Source: Desulfobulbaceae bacterium (GTDB lineage: Bacteria; Desulfobacterota; Desulfobulbia; Desulfobulbales; Desulfocapsaceae). Taken from it: a stretch of DNA of 64,000 nucleotides. Positions within the stretch are counted from its first letter, which is position 1. Each line of letters opens with the position of its first letter. The notes under the pieces were generated by a model. It worked only from the letters and a program-made list of their open reading frames with translations. It searched no databases and had not been told where the DNA came from. This document shows positions 28,795 to 38,886 of the stretch, piece after piece. The stretch spans positions 9,065 to 73,064 of the forward strand of contig JAAELB010000346.1 in NCBI GenBank assembly GCA_024227155.1, written 5' to 3'. Made by a program: the position numbers and the translations under genes.

Positions 28795-29895
28795 ATGAAA
28801 TCCGAGCAAAAAAAAGCGCTATTGTCCGTACGTGACAATATCGATTCAATAGATAATAGGATACTCGACCTGCTAAAAGAACGTCTCGACTGCGCAAAAG
28901 AAATAGGTCGACTGAAAGATGGTGAAAAACGGGCGAAATGGGATCCTTTACGGGAAAGACAAATCTACGACAGGCTACTTACTGACAATCGGGATATCTT
29001 TCCGAAAGACGCACTTAAATCAATATTTCATGAAATTATTACCACATGTCGTCTATCACAAAAAAAGGCTGTGGTTGCTTTCCTTGGGCCCGAGGCCACC
29101 TTTACCCATCTTGCCGGAGTTAAATGTTTTGGCCATTCAGCGAATTATAAAGCAATGGAAAGCATCGATGAAGTTTTTGCTGAGGTGGAAAAAGGTAGAA
29201 CACAGTATGGTATTGTTCCCGTTGAAAATTCAATTGAAGGCGCGGTTTTTTCCACATTAGATTGCTTTATGAAATACAAGGTTCAAATTTGTGGTGAAGA
29301 ACAACTGGAGATTAGCCATAATTTGGTCTGTCAATCTGGTAACATTGAAGATATTCAAACAGTTGCCTCTTACGCCCAACCCCTTGCGCAATGCAGGGAG
29401 TGGCTCAGAAAGCATCTTCCGTCTGTCCCGACTCTCCCGGTTTTCTCCACAGGAGCAGCCGCCCAGATGGCAGTCAATAACCCGAATATCGGTGCGATTG
29501 CGTCCTCTCTCGCTATTAAAACCTATGAATTGCAAGTGGTTGTGAAAGGTATAGAAGACTACCGGGGGAATACTACGAGGTTCCTGATCATTGGCCAGCA
29601 ATCCCCGTCACGCAGTGGGCAGGACAGGACATCTCTGCTCCTCGGGCTCATGGACAGGCCAGGGGCATTAAATGAAATCCTGACGGCTCTCTCCAATGAG
29701 AACATTAACCTTGTCAAAATTGAATCTAGACCAATCAAAGGAAAACAATGGAAATACTTGTTTTTCCTAGATATGCTCGGTCACATAGAAGATGAAAAAA
29801 TCAAAAGAGGTTGTGACATGCTCAAGTCACAATGTTCCTATTTTGAGTGGCTTGGCTCTTATCCCCAGCGAGAGCAGTCATCCTCCGATTCGTGA
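28795..29895 (+). CDS. pheA: Chorismate mutase/prephenate dehydratase
   Basis: N-terminal CM domain, FLGPEATF, VPVENSIEG, NTTRFLII, C-terminal ACT domain KIESRP. Confidence 0.95.
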   Translation: MKSEQKKALLSVRDNIDSIDNRILDLLKERLDCAKEIGRLKDGEKRAKWDPLRERQIYDRLLTDNRDIFPKDALKSIFHEIITTCRLSQKKAVVAFLGPEATFTHLAGVKCFGHSANYKAMESIDEVFAEVEKGRTQYGIVPVENSIEGAVFSTLDCFMKYKVQICGEEQLEISHNLVCQSGNIEDIQTVASYAQPLAQCREWLRKHLPSVPTLPVFSTGAAAQMAVNNPNIGAIASSLAIKTYELQVVVKGIEDYRGNTTRFLIIGQQSPSRSGQDRTSLLLGLMDRPGALNEILTALSNENINLVKIESRPIKGKQWKYLFFLDMLGHIEDEKIKRGCDMLKSQCSYFEWLGSYPQREQSSSDS

Positions 29896-30933
29896 CATTC
29901 CTCCTCCACAGCGAGCATGTTCTTCAACCTCTTGTTGATCCTGCAAAGAATGACCTTGAGGTTTATTGAGTATTGTCTGGCGAATGGTATCCAAGATATC
30001 CTGGTCCGAGGCTCCGGTCCGGAGTAAATGCTTCAGGTCAGTCTCTGTATCTTTCAAAAGACATGCTCGCAATCTTCCTTCTGAAGTTAACCTCAACCTG
30101 TTACACTGGTCACAAAAATGGTGACTTATTGGACTGATAAACCCCACAGCCCCGGTTGATTCATTTTCTCCATCCAGATGATACATGCGAGCAGGCCCTG
30201 CGCCATGTCTATTCTGAAATGGAGTTAAAGTTCCCAGGGTTTCTATCTTCTTGCGGATATCATCGGCAGGAATAAATTGTTCTTTCTGCCAACTGTCTTT
30301 TTCCCCCACAGGCATGAACTCGATAAACCGTACCTGAAAGGGATATCTCAAAGAAAGTTTACCAAAATCGACAAATTCATCGTCATTGATACCCTTCATA
30401 GCAACGACATTTAATTTAATTTTAAAACCCATCTCGGAGGCAAGCTGAAGTCCTCTCCAAACCTGAGAAAATTTATCTTTACCGGTGATTTTTTTAAATT
30501 TTTCTGGATGTAAAGTGTCTAAAGAAACATTTATGTGGTGTACTCCGCTGTCAAAAAGCTTTTCAGCATAATCACCAAGCAACACACCATTGGTAGTCAG
30601 ACGGATCTGGTCCAGACCATTTATTTCTGATAAAGTCTGAATAAAATCCACGACACCTTTTCTCACAAGAGGTTCACCACCTGTGAGGCGAATTTTGTTC
30701 ATTCCCAGGGAGACAGTGAGTCGAACAACTCGTTGCAATTCTTCGTAACTCAGTAAATCCTGGTGCGCTAAAAATTTTCCAGTCTTAACATGTGTAGGCG
30801 AATCCTGTTTATCACTGGGCATACAATACATGCAACGCAGATTACATCTGTCAGTTAACGATAACCTCAGGTACGATATTGTTCTTGAAAACTGATCGAC
30901 AAGAGGAGAAATAGTTTGTATTTTTTCTTTCAC
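29878..30933 (-). CDS. moaA: GTP 3',8-cyclase MoaA
   Basis: YLRLSLTDRCNLRCMYCM, RLTGGEP, FCDQCNRLRLT..G.LRACL, C-terminal MSRIGG. Confidence 0.96.
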   Translation of the reverse strand: MKEKIQTISPLVDQFSRTISYLRLSLTDRCNLRCMYCMPSDKQDSPTHVKTGKFLAHQDLLSYEELQRVVRLTVSLGMNKIRLTGGEPLVRKGVVDFIQTLSEINGLDQIRLTTNGVLLGDYAEKLFDSGVHHINVSLDTLHPEKFKKITGKDKFSQVWRGLQLASEMGFKIKLNVVAMKGINDDEFVDFGKLSLRYPFQVRFIEFMPVGEKDSWQKEQFIPADDIRKKIETLGTLTPFQNRHGAGPARMYHLDGENESTGAVGFISPISHHFCDQCNRLRLTSEGRLRACLLKDTETDLKHLLRTGASDQDILDTIRQTILNKPQGHSLQDQQEVEEHARCGGGMSRIGG

Positions 30934-31069
30934 GATTCACTATATATATGAAAATTTATATTTTTTTAGCGATTGCCCCTTTTTTTGTACCAGCCCAGTA
31001 CAAACAGAAGCTTACTCAGACAGACACTATTACCACAATAGTGGTTACACTCAAGAAGAAAACAAACAT

Positions 31070-32071
31070 ATGTTAATTTTAGGTATTGAGAGTTCCTGTG
31101 ATGATACAGCAGCAGCTGTACTTCAGGGTGATACAGTGCTGGCTAATATACTTACCAGCCAGGACGTAATTCACACAAAATTTGGCGGCGTGGTCCCTGA
31201 ACTCGCATCAAGGCAACATCTCCAGGCAGTACACCCTGTTGTGGAGAAGGCACTAAGTGAAGCGGGTACCACACTTGATAAAATTGATCTCATTGCAGCC
31301 ACCCAGGGCCCAGGTCTGATAGGCTCTCTTTTAGTTGGGTTTTCCTATGCAAAAGCGCTCTCTATGGTGAGTAAAACACCAATGATCGGTGTGGATCATA
31401 TGGCTGGCCATATACTGTCAATTTTTTTAAGCAAAAATCCACCAGTGTTCCCGTATATCTCACTTATTGTATCCGGCGGTACCTCTGCAATTTATCTTGC
31501 TGAAAGCTTTACAAAGTTTTCCTGTTTAGGCAGAACCAGAGATGATGCAGCAGGAGAAGCCTTCGATAAAGTCGCAAAGCTATTAGGTTTACCTTATCCA
31601 GGCGGTCCCCACGTTTCGAAAATGGCTGAGGCTGGAGATCCTGACTATATAAAGTTTCCAAGATCGTGGCTTGAACCTGACTCACTTGACTTCAGCTTCA
31701 GTGGTTTAAAAACATCAGTTTTGAATTATGTTAATCAACAGAAAGTCAAGAATCAAAAAATCAGTGCACCTGATATTTGCGCTTCATTTGAAAAGGCTGT
31801 TGTTGAGGTGTTAGTCAATAAAACGATCCTTGCTGCTGAAAAGTACAACATACCATCAATTGCGATTGGTGGAGGTGTCTCTGCCAACAGCAAACTCAGG
31901 GAGCTATTTCACCATGAGTGTACCTTGGCCGATAAGGTTTTTTATGCCCCTGAACTCAATTACTGTACCGATAATGCAGCGATGATTGCATTGGCAGGAG
32001 GGCATATTTACAAAAAAAATGGCAGTATCCCTTTAGATCATGACGTTTATTCTAGATCTTCTTTGGGTTAG
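31070..32071 (+). CDS. tsaD: tRNA N6-threonylcarbamoyladenosine transferase TsaD
   Basis: ILGIESSCDDT, GGVVPELASR, GPGLIGSL, HMAGH, DDAAGEAFDK, FSFSGLKT, CTDNAAMIA. Confidence 0.97.
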   Translation: MLILGIESSCDDTAAAVLQGDTVLANILTSQDVIHTKFGGVVPELASRQHLQAVHPVVEKALSEAGTTLDKIDLIAATQGPGLIGSLLVGFSYAKALSMVSKTPMIGVDHMAGHILSIFLSKNPPVFPYISLIVSGGTSAIYLAESFTKFSCLGRTRDDAAGEAFDKVAKLLGLPYPGGPHVSKMAEAGDPDYIKFPRSWLEPDSLDFSFSGLKTSVLNYVNQQKVKNQKISAPDICASFEKAVVEVLVNKTILAAEKYNIPSIAIGGGVSANSKLRELFHHECTLADKVFYAPELNYCTDNAAMIALAGGHIYKKNGSIPLDHDVYSRSSLG

Positions 32072-32079
32072 AATACAAG

Positions 32080-32586
32080 ATGAGCTACACTGAAAACCGA
32101 TTTTATCGTGTACTTCGATACTATTATCTCCGCTTCAAACGACTCAACGATGATCCGCATGCCCTGGCCGGTGGCACTGCGATAGGAGTTTTGGTTGGAC
32201 TTACTCCGACAATTCCTTTTCATACCCCACTGATTATTTTGTTAACACTTATTACTAGAACGTCCCTTTTGACCGGAATTCTGGTGAGTTGGCTCGTGTT
32301 TAATCCGTTCACCATCTTTCCAATATATTATGTGTCCACGGTTATAGGAAATTTCTTCACTCCATACGAGATTAATTTCAGTAAATTGCAGCTGGTTATT
32401 GATCAATTTGGCAATGGGCTCGATTTTTTAGAAATAGTTCGTATCCTTTTCGCTTTAGGCTTTGAGACAATTATAGTCTTGTTTGTTGGCGGATTTATCT
32501 TATCTTTACCTTTTGCAATTCTCAGCTATTATTGTGCCCGAGCTTTTTTTACCTATCACCATTTAAAAAGAATCAGAAATAACTGA
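32080..32586 (+). CDS. DUF2062-family membrane protein
   Basis: DDPHALAGGTAIGVLVGLTP...WLVFNPFTIFPIY pattern. Confidence 0.8.
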   Translation: MSYTENRFYRVLRYYYLRFKRLNDDPHALAGGTAIGVLVGLTPTIPFHTPLIILLTLITRTSLLTGILVSWLVFNPFTIFPIYYVSTVIGNFFTPYEINFSKLQLVIDQFGNGLDFLEIVRILFALGFETIIVLFVGGFILSLPFAILSYYCARAFFTYHHLKRIRNN

Positions 32587-32621
32587 GAATACTGATTTTC
32601 AACTTCATTTGAGCAATTATC

Positions 32622-33518
32622 ATGTCAAAATACGGCCGTCTGGCTTACGACACTCTTAAAGAACACAACCTCGCACCCAAAAAAAAATTTGGCCAGAATT
32701 TCCTTGTCCACCGTGAGACAGCTGAAGCTATAGTCAGGGCCGGAGGGGTGAGTGCAGATGAGAACATAGTTGAAGTAGGTGTAGGTTTAGGTGCCCTCAC
32801 CCTGCCTCTAGCAAAAGCAGCGCGTCACGTGTTTGGATACGAAATAGATAGTGGTATCGTTAGATTCCATGAGGAAGAACAAGATCTTCCTTCTAACGTC
32901 ACTCTAGTACACCAGGATATTTTAAAGGCTGACTTTACAAAAATTGCAGCGACCTGTGGCGGGAAACTGAAAATTCTGGCCAACCTCCCCTATTCGATCT
33001 CAAACCCCTTCATCTTTAAATTAATTGATAATTCGGAACTGATTGACTCTGTAACAGTAATGTTACAAAAGGAGGTGGCGGAAAGACTGAGTGCTGCTGT
33101 AAACACAAAAGATTATGGCGTTCCAACAATACTGCTTGGGAGCTGCGCCACGGTTGAGAAAAAATTGACACTTAAACCGGCGGAATTTCATCCCAGGCCA
33201 AAGGTTGACTCCATGGTCATTAAGATTGATTTCAGTGATGAAATCGATGGCATTGCAAATATGGCAACCTACAACTTCTCTCTTTTCAAACAAATTGTTA
33301 GAGCCACCTTCAACCAGAGGCGCAAAACAATTGCAAATACCCTAAGCCGGGCAAATGTGTTTGGGGTTAGTGCCAGGGAAGATAAAGAGCTTAACAAAAG
33401 ATTAGCACTGGAGTCTTTGGAAAAAGTCGCTATCCCTCCAACGGCGAGGCCGGAGACACTTTCCATATCAGATTTCATCAGCCTTACAAAAGCAGTGGGA
33501 AATTTGATAAAGTCATAA
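32622..33518 (+). CDS. rsmA: 16S rRNA adenine dimethyltransferase RsmA/KsgA
   Basis: KKFGQNFL, VEVGVGLGALT, ANLPYSIS, MLQKEVAER, FNQRRKT. Confidence 0.96.
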   Translation: MSKYGRLAYDTLKEHNLAPKKKFGQNFLVHRETAEAIVRAGGVSADENIVEVGVGLGALTLPLAKAARHVFGYEIDSGIVRFHEEEQDLPSNVTLVHQDILKADFTKIAATCGGKLKILANLPYSISNPFIFKLIDNSELIDSVTVMLQKEVAERLSAAVNTKDYGVPTILLGSCATVEKKLTLKPAEFHPRPKVDSMVIKIDFSDEIDGIANMATYNFSLFKQIVRATFNQRRKTIANTLSRANVFGVSAREDKELNKRLALESLEKVAIPPTARPETLSISDFISLTKAVGNLIKS

Positions 33519-33553
33519 GACAATCTGGCTTTTCGATTGCTGTCAAAATTGCT

Positions 33554-33748
33554 CTATCTTGCACCATTAAGTATTTTAACGGGGGATATGGTTTCTACTG
33601 TTTTTTTCCGCACCAGAGTTTTTGGAAAAAAGATTAATTGAAATATCCTCCATAGAAGGTAACAACTCGTCATAACAAGTGGAACTACGATTTGCATAAA
33701 GAAGGGGATGAGCAGGATAAGCACTATTAATTCGGAGTAATTAGTCAT
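33554..33748 (-). CDS. Small hypothetical membrane protein (64 aa)
   Basis: ATG 33748 after GGAGGG; one long hydrophobic segment. Confidence 0.55.
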   Translation of the reverse strand: MTNYSELIVLILLIPFFMQIVVPLVMTSCYLLWRIFQLIFFPKTLVRKKTVETISPVKILNGAR

Positions 33749-33882
33749 AACACCCTCCACTATCAATGGTTCATGTCAGGGTCAAAAATGACATTTTGTC
33801 TTTCAATATGTGAGATTGGATAAACTCCATAATTTAACGGCAATCTGTATATTTATATTATATCAAAGAGGTCACACTTTTT

Positions 33883-34989
33883 TCACACACCGCCATTTCG
33901 TAAAGCACTAAAGAGCCAGGCTGTATACTCTTTTTCCAGTGCTTGCCAATTAAATTTCTCAGTCATTTGTCTGGCGCTATCTTTTGGGATAATTTGATTG
34001 TTTTTTAATATCTGTACAAGGTGTTTTTCAAGTTTTCCCTCTCGGTATAGATATTTTTTTTCAAACAACTCCGGGTATGACAATCTGTCTGGCAGTACCG
34101 GTATACACCCGGCTCGGACTGCTTCTATAACAGAAATACCGTAGAACTCGTGGATTGCCGTAGAAACTACAACTGTCCCCAGACCCAGCAAACGCATATA
34201 CTCCTCATAACTACTGGCAAATCCCATATGCAATATTTTATGCGCAAAAAGAGTTTCGGCTTCTTTAAAGCAGGCGGGTGAGTTGTTAAATGACTGGCCA
34301 AGGATAATGAGTCTAAAATCTATTTTTTTCTCTTCTAATCTCTGTATTGCCTTAAAAAATTCTTCTGGATTTTTATCATGTTCCCATCGATGGTTCCATA
34401 CGATAACAGGTACCTCGGATTTAGGGGTGCAATCAATGCCATCAAATTTACCCAGATCTATTCCGGGGTAGAGTACCCTACTCTTTGCCTCCAATTTCGC
34501 CACAAGTCCAGTAAAGTGCATATCACTGGCATACTTCAGATACCTTCTGCATCCTGAAAAGAAACTATCCCGATTGAAGATTGAATTAAATGCGAGGGAA
34601 TCAGCAGCAAGAGCGGAATTAAAATTAATCGCCGTGAAATGATAAAGTGAAGGATCCTTTATACGAGAGGGATAGGCAAACTGATTTTCATGAAAATAGA
34701 GGTTAATTATGGCATCCCTGTTCCATCCTGATATACCAGATAGTAGCGAGCGAAACATTGCGACATCGACAAAAGTAGAGCAGAGAACTGTATTAAAATA
34801 CCTGGCTTCTGGTTGTAATTTTTTTATCTGTTCAACGACCCATGGCGCTGCCAGCTGCATCCTCATTTTCCATTTACGTGCAGGCAGGGTGATGAGAGTG
34901 TAATCGGCCTTGACAAACTTCTGCAGACCTTCAAGAAAATGTTTATGTGACCCACCAAAATAGGGTTCAACTATCAGAATTTTTTTCAT
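33883..34989 (-). CDS. DUF3524/GT4 glycosyltransferase, homolog of GTDC1 (tRNA-queuosine alpha-mannosyltransferase)
   Basis: EPYFGGSH, LPARKW, YFHENQFAYP, FNSIFN, WNHRWEHDKNP, STAIHEFYG..VIEAV, YPELF motifs. Confidence 0.88.
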   Translation of the reverse strand: MKKILIVEPYFGGSHKHFLEGLQKFVKADYTLITLPARKWKMRMQLAAPWVVEQIKKLQPEARYFNTVLCSTFVDVAMFRSLLSGISGWNRDAIINLYFHENQFAYPSRIKDPSLYHFTAINFNSALAADSLAFNSIFNRDSFFSGCRRYLKYASDMHFTGLVAKLEAKSRVLYPGIDLGKFDGIDCTPKSEVPVIVWNHRWEHDKNPEEFFKAIQRLEEKKIDFRLIILGQSFNNSPACFKEAETLFAHKILHMGFASSYEEYMRLLGLGTVVVSTAIHEFYGISVIEAVRAGCIPVLPDRLSYPELFEKKYLYREGKLEKHLVQILKNNQIIPKDSARQMTEKFNWQALEKEYTAWLFSALRNGGV

Positions 34990-35506
34990 TATTTGTTATT
35001 TTTCGTATTTCTCTATTAAGAGATTTTTCAAATGGCTCAACTTCCATAAAACGATACCCACAAGATAGAGGAAGTGACCCACCTGAGAACTTCAAAGATT
35101 TTTCCGGAAAGTTCCTGCAGAGCAAGAGCCTGTTGTCGTAATCACCGCAATCTCCTTCATCGGTACACCAGCTGCAGTTAAAAATCAAAAAACCCTGTTC
35201 ATCCCTTCCAATCATCTCAAAGCGCTGGTATTCCGGATAGTCGGACTTAATACGCTTAAAATCTCTCACAGATCGCAGCCAGCCGTTTCTACCCTCAAGT
35301 GACAGTCGCCTGCAACAGCTTCCACAACCATTACAGCTTCCTCCAACCAGTAATGATTTACCCTGAAGCCTCATCAACAGATATTTAATAAGACCAAGAA
35401 AGGAAAAACCTCTCAGCTTCTCTATATTGTCAAAAATATGAATTTTCTCGCCTCTGCTCTTTATAATTGAATGGGATTGGAATCCGTTGTAGAAAGGTGC
35501 TCTCAC
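34967..35506 (-). CDS. YkgJ-family cysteine-cluster (CxxCxxCC) protein
   Basis: CNGCGSCC, FNC...CGDYDNRLLLCRNFP, CGY; overlaps the DUF3524 gene; start uncertain. Confidence 0.82.
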   Translation of the reverse strand: MRAPFYNGFQSHSIIKSRGEKIHIFDNIEKLRGFSFLGLIKYLLMRLQGKSLLVGGSCNGCGSCCRRLSLEGRNGWLRSVRDFKRIKSDYPEYQRFEMIGRDEQGFLIFNCSWCTDEGDCGDYDNRLLLCRNFPEKSLKFSGGSLPLSCGYRFMEVEPFEKSLNREIRKITNNEKNSDS

Positions 35507-35559
35507 ATAATCATTTATTATTTACAACCATCAATTTTCACTGTCGAGGATTACGCGTC

Positions 35560-36033
35560 ATGACTACATCGCAACCCTGCCCCTGCGGCTCCACCATCTT
35601 ATTTCCTACCTGCTGCGGGGTTGTTATACAAGATCATGGGAAAGCAGCCACAGCCGAACAGTTGATGCGTTCGCGTTATTCAGCCTTTGTGATCAAAGAC
35701 AGCAAACACATTCATGCAAGCTGGTATATCACAAACAGACCTAAGTCTCTTAATTTTGATGACCATCCGGTAGTATGGCTGGGGCTTGAAATTCACAACA
35801 CTGTAGATGGAGAGGAAAAAGACACAACCGGACAGGTAGAATTCACCTCAAAATATCTTGAGAATGGGCTGTTCTGTTCACTTCGGGAAACAAGTGATTT
35901 TGTGAAAGAAAATGGTCTCTGGTATTATAAAAGCGGTGAGTGCACAGTCCATAGAGAACAATTGGCAAGAAACAGCCCCTGCCCTTGTGGCTCTGGCAAA
36001 AAATTCAAACGCTGTTGTTTAAATAAACAGTAA
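35560..36033 (+). CDS. YchJ/UPF0225 SEC-C motif protein
   Basis: CPCGS...CC, TAEQLMRSRYSAF, WLGLEI, C-terminal RNSPCPCGSGKKFKRCC; start MTTSQ at 35560. Confidence 0.9.
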   Translation: MTTSQPCPCGSTILFPTCCGVVIQDHGKAATAEQLMRSRYSAFVIKDSKHIHASWYITNRPKSLNFDDHPVVWLGLEIHNTVDGEEKDTTGQVEFTSKYLENGLFCSLRETSDFVKENGLWYYKSGECTVHREQLARNSPCPCGSGKKFKRCCLNKQ

Positions 36034-36067
36034 GTATTGGAATCGTTTGAAAATCGGTTCTATCGCA

Positions 36068-37279
36068 TCACAACTCTCTTAATTCAATTATTTTATTAAG
36101 AATAAGATCTGCAGTATGATGTTTTGTGGTTAGGGGTAATTTTTTATGCCCCTTCTTATCAAGCAGCACAACCTGATTTGTATCCACTTCAAAACCCGCC
36201 TGGGAGCTGCTGATATCATTAACAGCAATGAGATCCAGATTTTTTTTATCGAGTTTTTTACCACCCTCAGCCAGTAGGTTTTGGCTTTCCGCTGCAAAAC
36301 CAACCAAAATCTGGCCGGCTCTCTTTTGTTGTCCTAGCAAGTAGAGGATGTCAGGGTTTTTGGCCAGCGTTAGATTCGATTCAATATTTTCTTTTTTGAC
36401 TTTTTGAGAAGAGAATGTAGTAGGACGATAATCTGCAACAGCCGCTGCTTTAACGACAATCGAACTATGTGCAGCTTCTTCCAGGGTGGCATCGCACATC
36501 TCTTGAGCAGAGTCGACTTTAATCACTTTCACACCAAGAGGTGGTTCAATGCTACTGGGACCACTAATCAAAACGACTTCTGCACCCCGTCTTCGGGCAC
36601 ACCTGGCCAGGGCAAACCCCATTTTTCCTGATGATCTGTTGCTTAAAAATCTGGCAGGGTCAATTGCTTCTCGAGTGGGCCCAGCTGTAACGACAATACG
36701 TTCCTTTTTAAGGTCTTGAATACTAAGAGCAGAGGCCAGATACTCTTTTGCAACATCCCACTCTACCAGGCGCCCTGCACCTTCCTCTTTGCAGGCCATG
36801 GTACCGCAATCCGGTTCCACCACCATATAACCAAGGTTTCGCAGTTTCAAAATATTGGCCTGGGTGGCTGGGTGTGCGTACATTCTGCTGTTCATGGCTG
36901 GGAAAATGATAACATTACATCTGGCAGCAAGAACAGCTGTGGACAGCAAGTCATCCGCTAAGCCTGCGCTAAGCTTAGCAATAGTGTTTGCTGTTGCAGG
37001 AGCAATAACTAACAGATCAGCTTCACGACCAAGATCTATATGTGCCATGCTACTGCCACTAGTCTGATCAAACATTGCAGAGAACACCTCTCTGCCTGAC
37101 AGAGCCGAAAAGGTGAGTGGAGTTACAAATTTCTTAGCACTTTCAGTCATGACCACAGAAACCAGAGATTCTTCCTTGGCCAGGTCGCTTACCCACCCTG
37201 CAACTTTAAATGCGGCAATTGAACCGGTAATACCAACCACTATATTTTTGCCAGAAAAAACAGATGCCACAGTCATCAC
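36068..37279 (-). CDS. coaBC: Phosphopantothenoylcysteine decarboxylase/ligase
   Basis: GITGSIAAFK, APATAN, PAMN, TAGPTRE.IDPARFLSNRSSGKMG, AAVADY, GFAAE. Confidence 0.96.
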   Translation of the reverse strand: MMTVASVFSGKNIVVGITGSIAAFKVAGWVSDLAKEESLVSVVMTESAKKFVTPLTFSALSGREVFSAMFDQTSGSSMAHIDLGREADLLVIAPATANTIAKLSAGLADDLLSTAVLAARCNVIIFPAMNSRMYAHPATQANILKLRNLGYMVVEPDCGTMACKEEGAGRLVEWDVAKEYLASALSIQDLKKERIVVTAGPTREAIDPARFLSNRSSGKMGFALARCARRRGAEVVLISGPSSIEPPLGVKVIKVDSAQEMCDATLEEAAHSSIVVKAAAVADYRPTTFSSQKVKKENIESNLTLAKNPDILYLLGQQKRAGQILVGFAAESQNLLAEGGKKLDKKNLDLIAVNDISSSQAGFEVDTNQVVLLDKKGHKKLPLTTKHHTADLILNKIIELREL

Positions 37280-37340
37280 CCTTTCATTCAGCTAAGTATC
37301 AGAAATAGTCCCATGCAGTTTTTATATAGTTGTATTACTG

Positions 37341-38750
37341 TTAGTACGCGCCATTGCCTTTAACCATACAAAACACTGTCTTAATAATAATCTTAATGTC
37401 GGTCCAGAGGGAATAATTGAGAATATACCAGTCATCCATCTCTACCCGTTCCTTATATTCATCAACGTTTGAACGGCGCCCTACCTGCCATGGGCCTGTA
37501 ATACCAGGCTTCATAGAACAATACCTTCCAGCGCTATCTTTATAGAAGCCGTTAAGCTCATTGCCGACAATTGGTCGTGCTCCAACAACGCTCATATCCC
37601 CCCGAATTACGTTGATAAACTGAGGAAATTCGTCAAGACTTGTTTTCCTTAAGAATTTTCCGATTTTGGTAATTCTTGGATCGTTTTTCAATTTGTAGCT
37701 ATTCTGCCACTCCCGGCGCATCTCTTCATTTTCAGCAAGTAATAGATCAAGTTCCCTGGCCGCCCCAACTTTCATTGTCCTGAACTTTAGGCAGTTAAAG
37801 GTTTTTCCAGCAGATGTTATTCTCCTGTGTCGATAAAAGACGGGGCCCCCGTCGCTTAGTTTAACCAGCAATGCAATACACAGAGTTACAGGAAGTGTGA
37901 AGAACAGAGCTGCTACCGAAAAGACAAGGTCAAAGCTCCTTTTCCATTCAGTGTTGGGGTTAAAATTTAAGATAATCATACTACCAAGAGATTGCATTTC
38001 AGAGTGATGCAAGCCGTATAAATATAGATCCGGAACCAGATATATCCTGGCGCCAAGAGACCTACACTCCCTTAAGATTTTAAAGATCTTTTTTTCCGCA
38101 CGCATTGGCAGTGCAATATATACGTAGTCAATATCATGAATTTTTAAATATTCATTTATAGCAGCAATATTTCCGAGCAGCGGTTTACCATGGATTTCGG
38201 AAATGGTCAGTTCATCGACTTTGTCATCGAAAAAGCCAAGAACCTCAATGCCGGCCCACGGCATTGTTTCAACTTCGTTGACTAGATTTAATCCAAGATC
38301 ACCTGCACCCACGACGACAGCCCGGCGAACGTTTTTCCCCTTTGACCTGAAAAAACGTAATATTTTACGTGCTGTAAGATGAAGTAAAAAGATAAACAGC
38401 GGCGTCGTTATGGACCAGATAAGAATAACCACTCTTGAATAGGCGTGGGAGATCTTAAAAACAAAAAAATAAAAGAGTAGGAGACCAATTATAGCTCCCC
38501 ATGCTTTTAGAATCACGAGAAATTCCAGGAAAAACTTCCAGCCACGCCAGGATCTGTACAGTTGAAAAGACTGAAAACTTATAAAGGTAAGTACGGTGGT
38601 AATAATCATAAGCCTGGTATAATATGGGCTCCAGGGAACCCTGTACCAGACAACAAGAAGTGCGAGATAGCCGACCACAAGCAGGCAATCAAAGAGGTGC
38701 AGCAATTTGGCCATGAGAGAGCTTTGCTCTCGAAGATTTGTAGATAACAT
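37341..38750 (-). CDS. Undecaprenyl-phosphate sugar-1-phosphate transferase (WbaP/WcaJ-type)
   Basis: N-terminal TMs, VVGAGDLG, KRSFD, KFRTM, DPRIT..GKFLRKTSLDEFPQ, KPGITG. Confidence 0.93.
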   Translation of the reverse strand: MLSTNLREQSSLMAKLLHLFDCLLVVGYLALLVVWYRVPWSPYYTRLMIITTVLTFISFQSFQLYRSWRGWKFFLEFLVILKAWGAIIGLLLFYFFVFKISHAYSRVVILIWSITTPLFIFLLHLTARKILRFFRSKGKNVRRAVVVGAGDLGLNLVNEVETMPWAGIEVLGFFDDKVDELTISEIHGKPLLGNIAAINEYLKIHDIDYVYIALPMRAEKKIFKILRECRSLGARIYLVPDLYLYGLHHSEMQSLGSMIILNFNPNTEWKRSFDLVFSVAALFFTLPVTLCIALLVKLSDGGPVFYRHRRITSAGKTFNCLKFRTMKVGAARELDLLLAENEEMRREWQNSYKLKNDPRITKIGKFLRKTSLDEFPQFINVIRGDMSVVGARPIVGNELNGFYKDSAGRYCSMKPGITGPWQVGRRSNVDEYKERVEMDDWYILNYSLWTDIKIIIKTVFCMVKGNGAY

Positions 38751-38886
38751 TTTTATTATTTGAACACTGATTATTCAGTGATTATTTCTTATCCCGTCGA
38801 GCAGGAGGGAAACAAACGACATTACAAGTTAGCTGAAAGCAGTCTAGGTGGTTGTCCGATGAACTCGCCTTAAATGGTAAGTAACA

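Noticed and set aside
29365-29394. PheA reads ASYAQPLAQC where SHPQALAQC is usual
   Set aside because: Local substitution in an otherwise intact gene; too weak to call loss of function
33781-33792. Palindrome GTCAAAAATGAC upstream of the small membrane-protein gene
   Set aside because: Short, single occurrence, and no associated promoter identified
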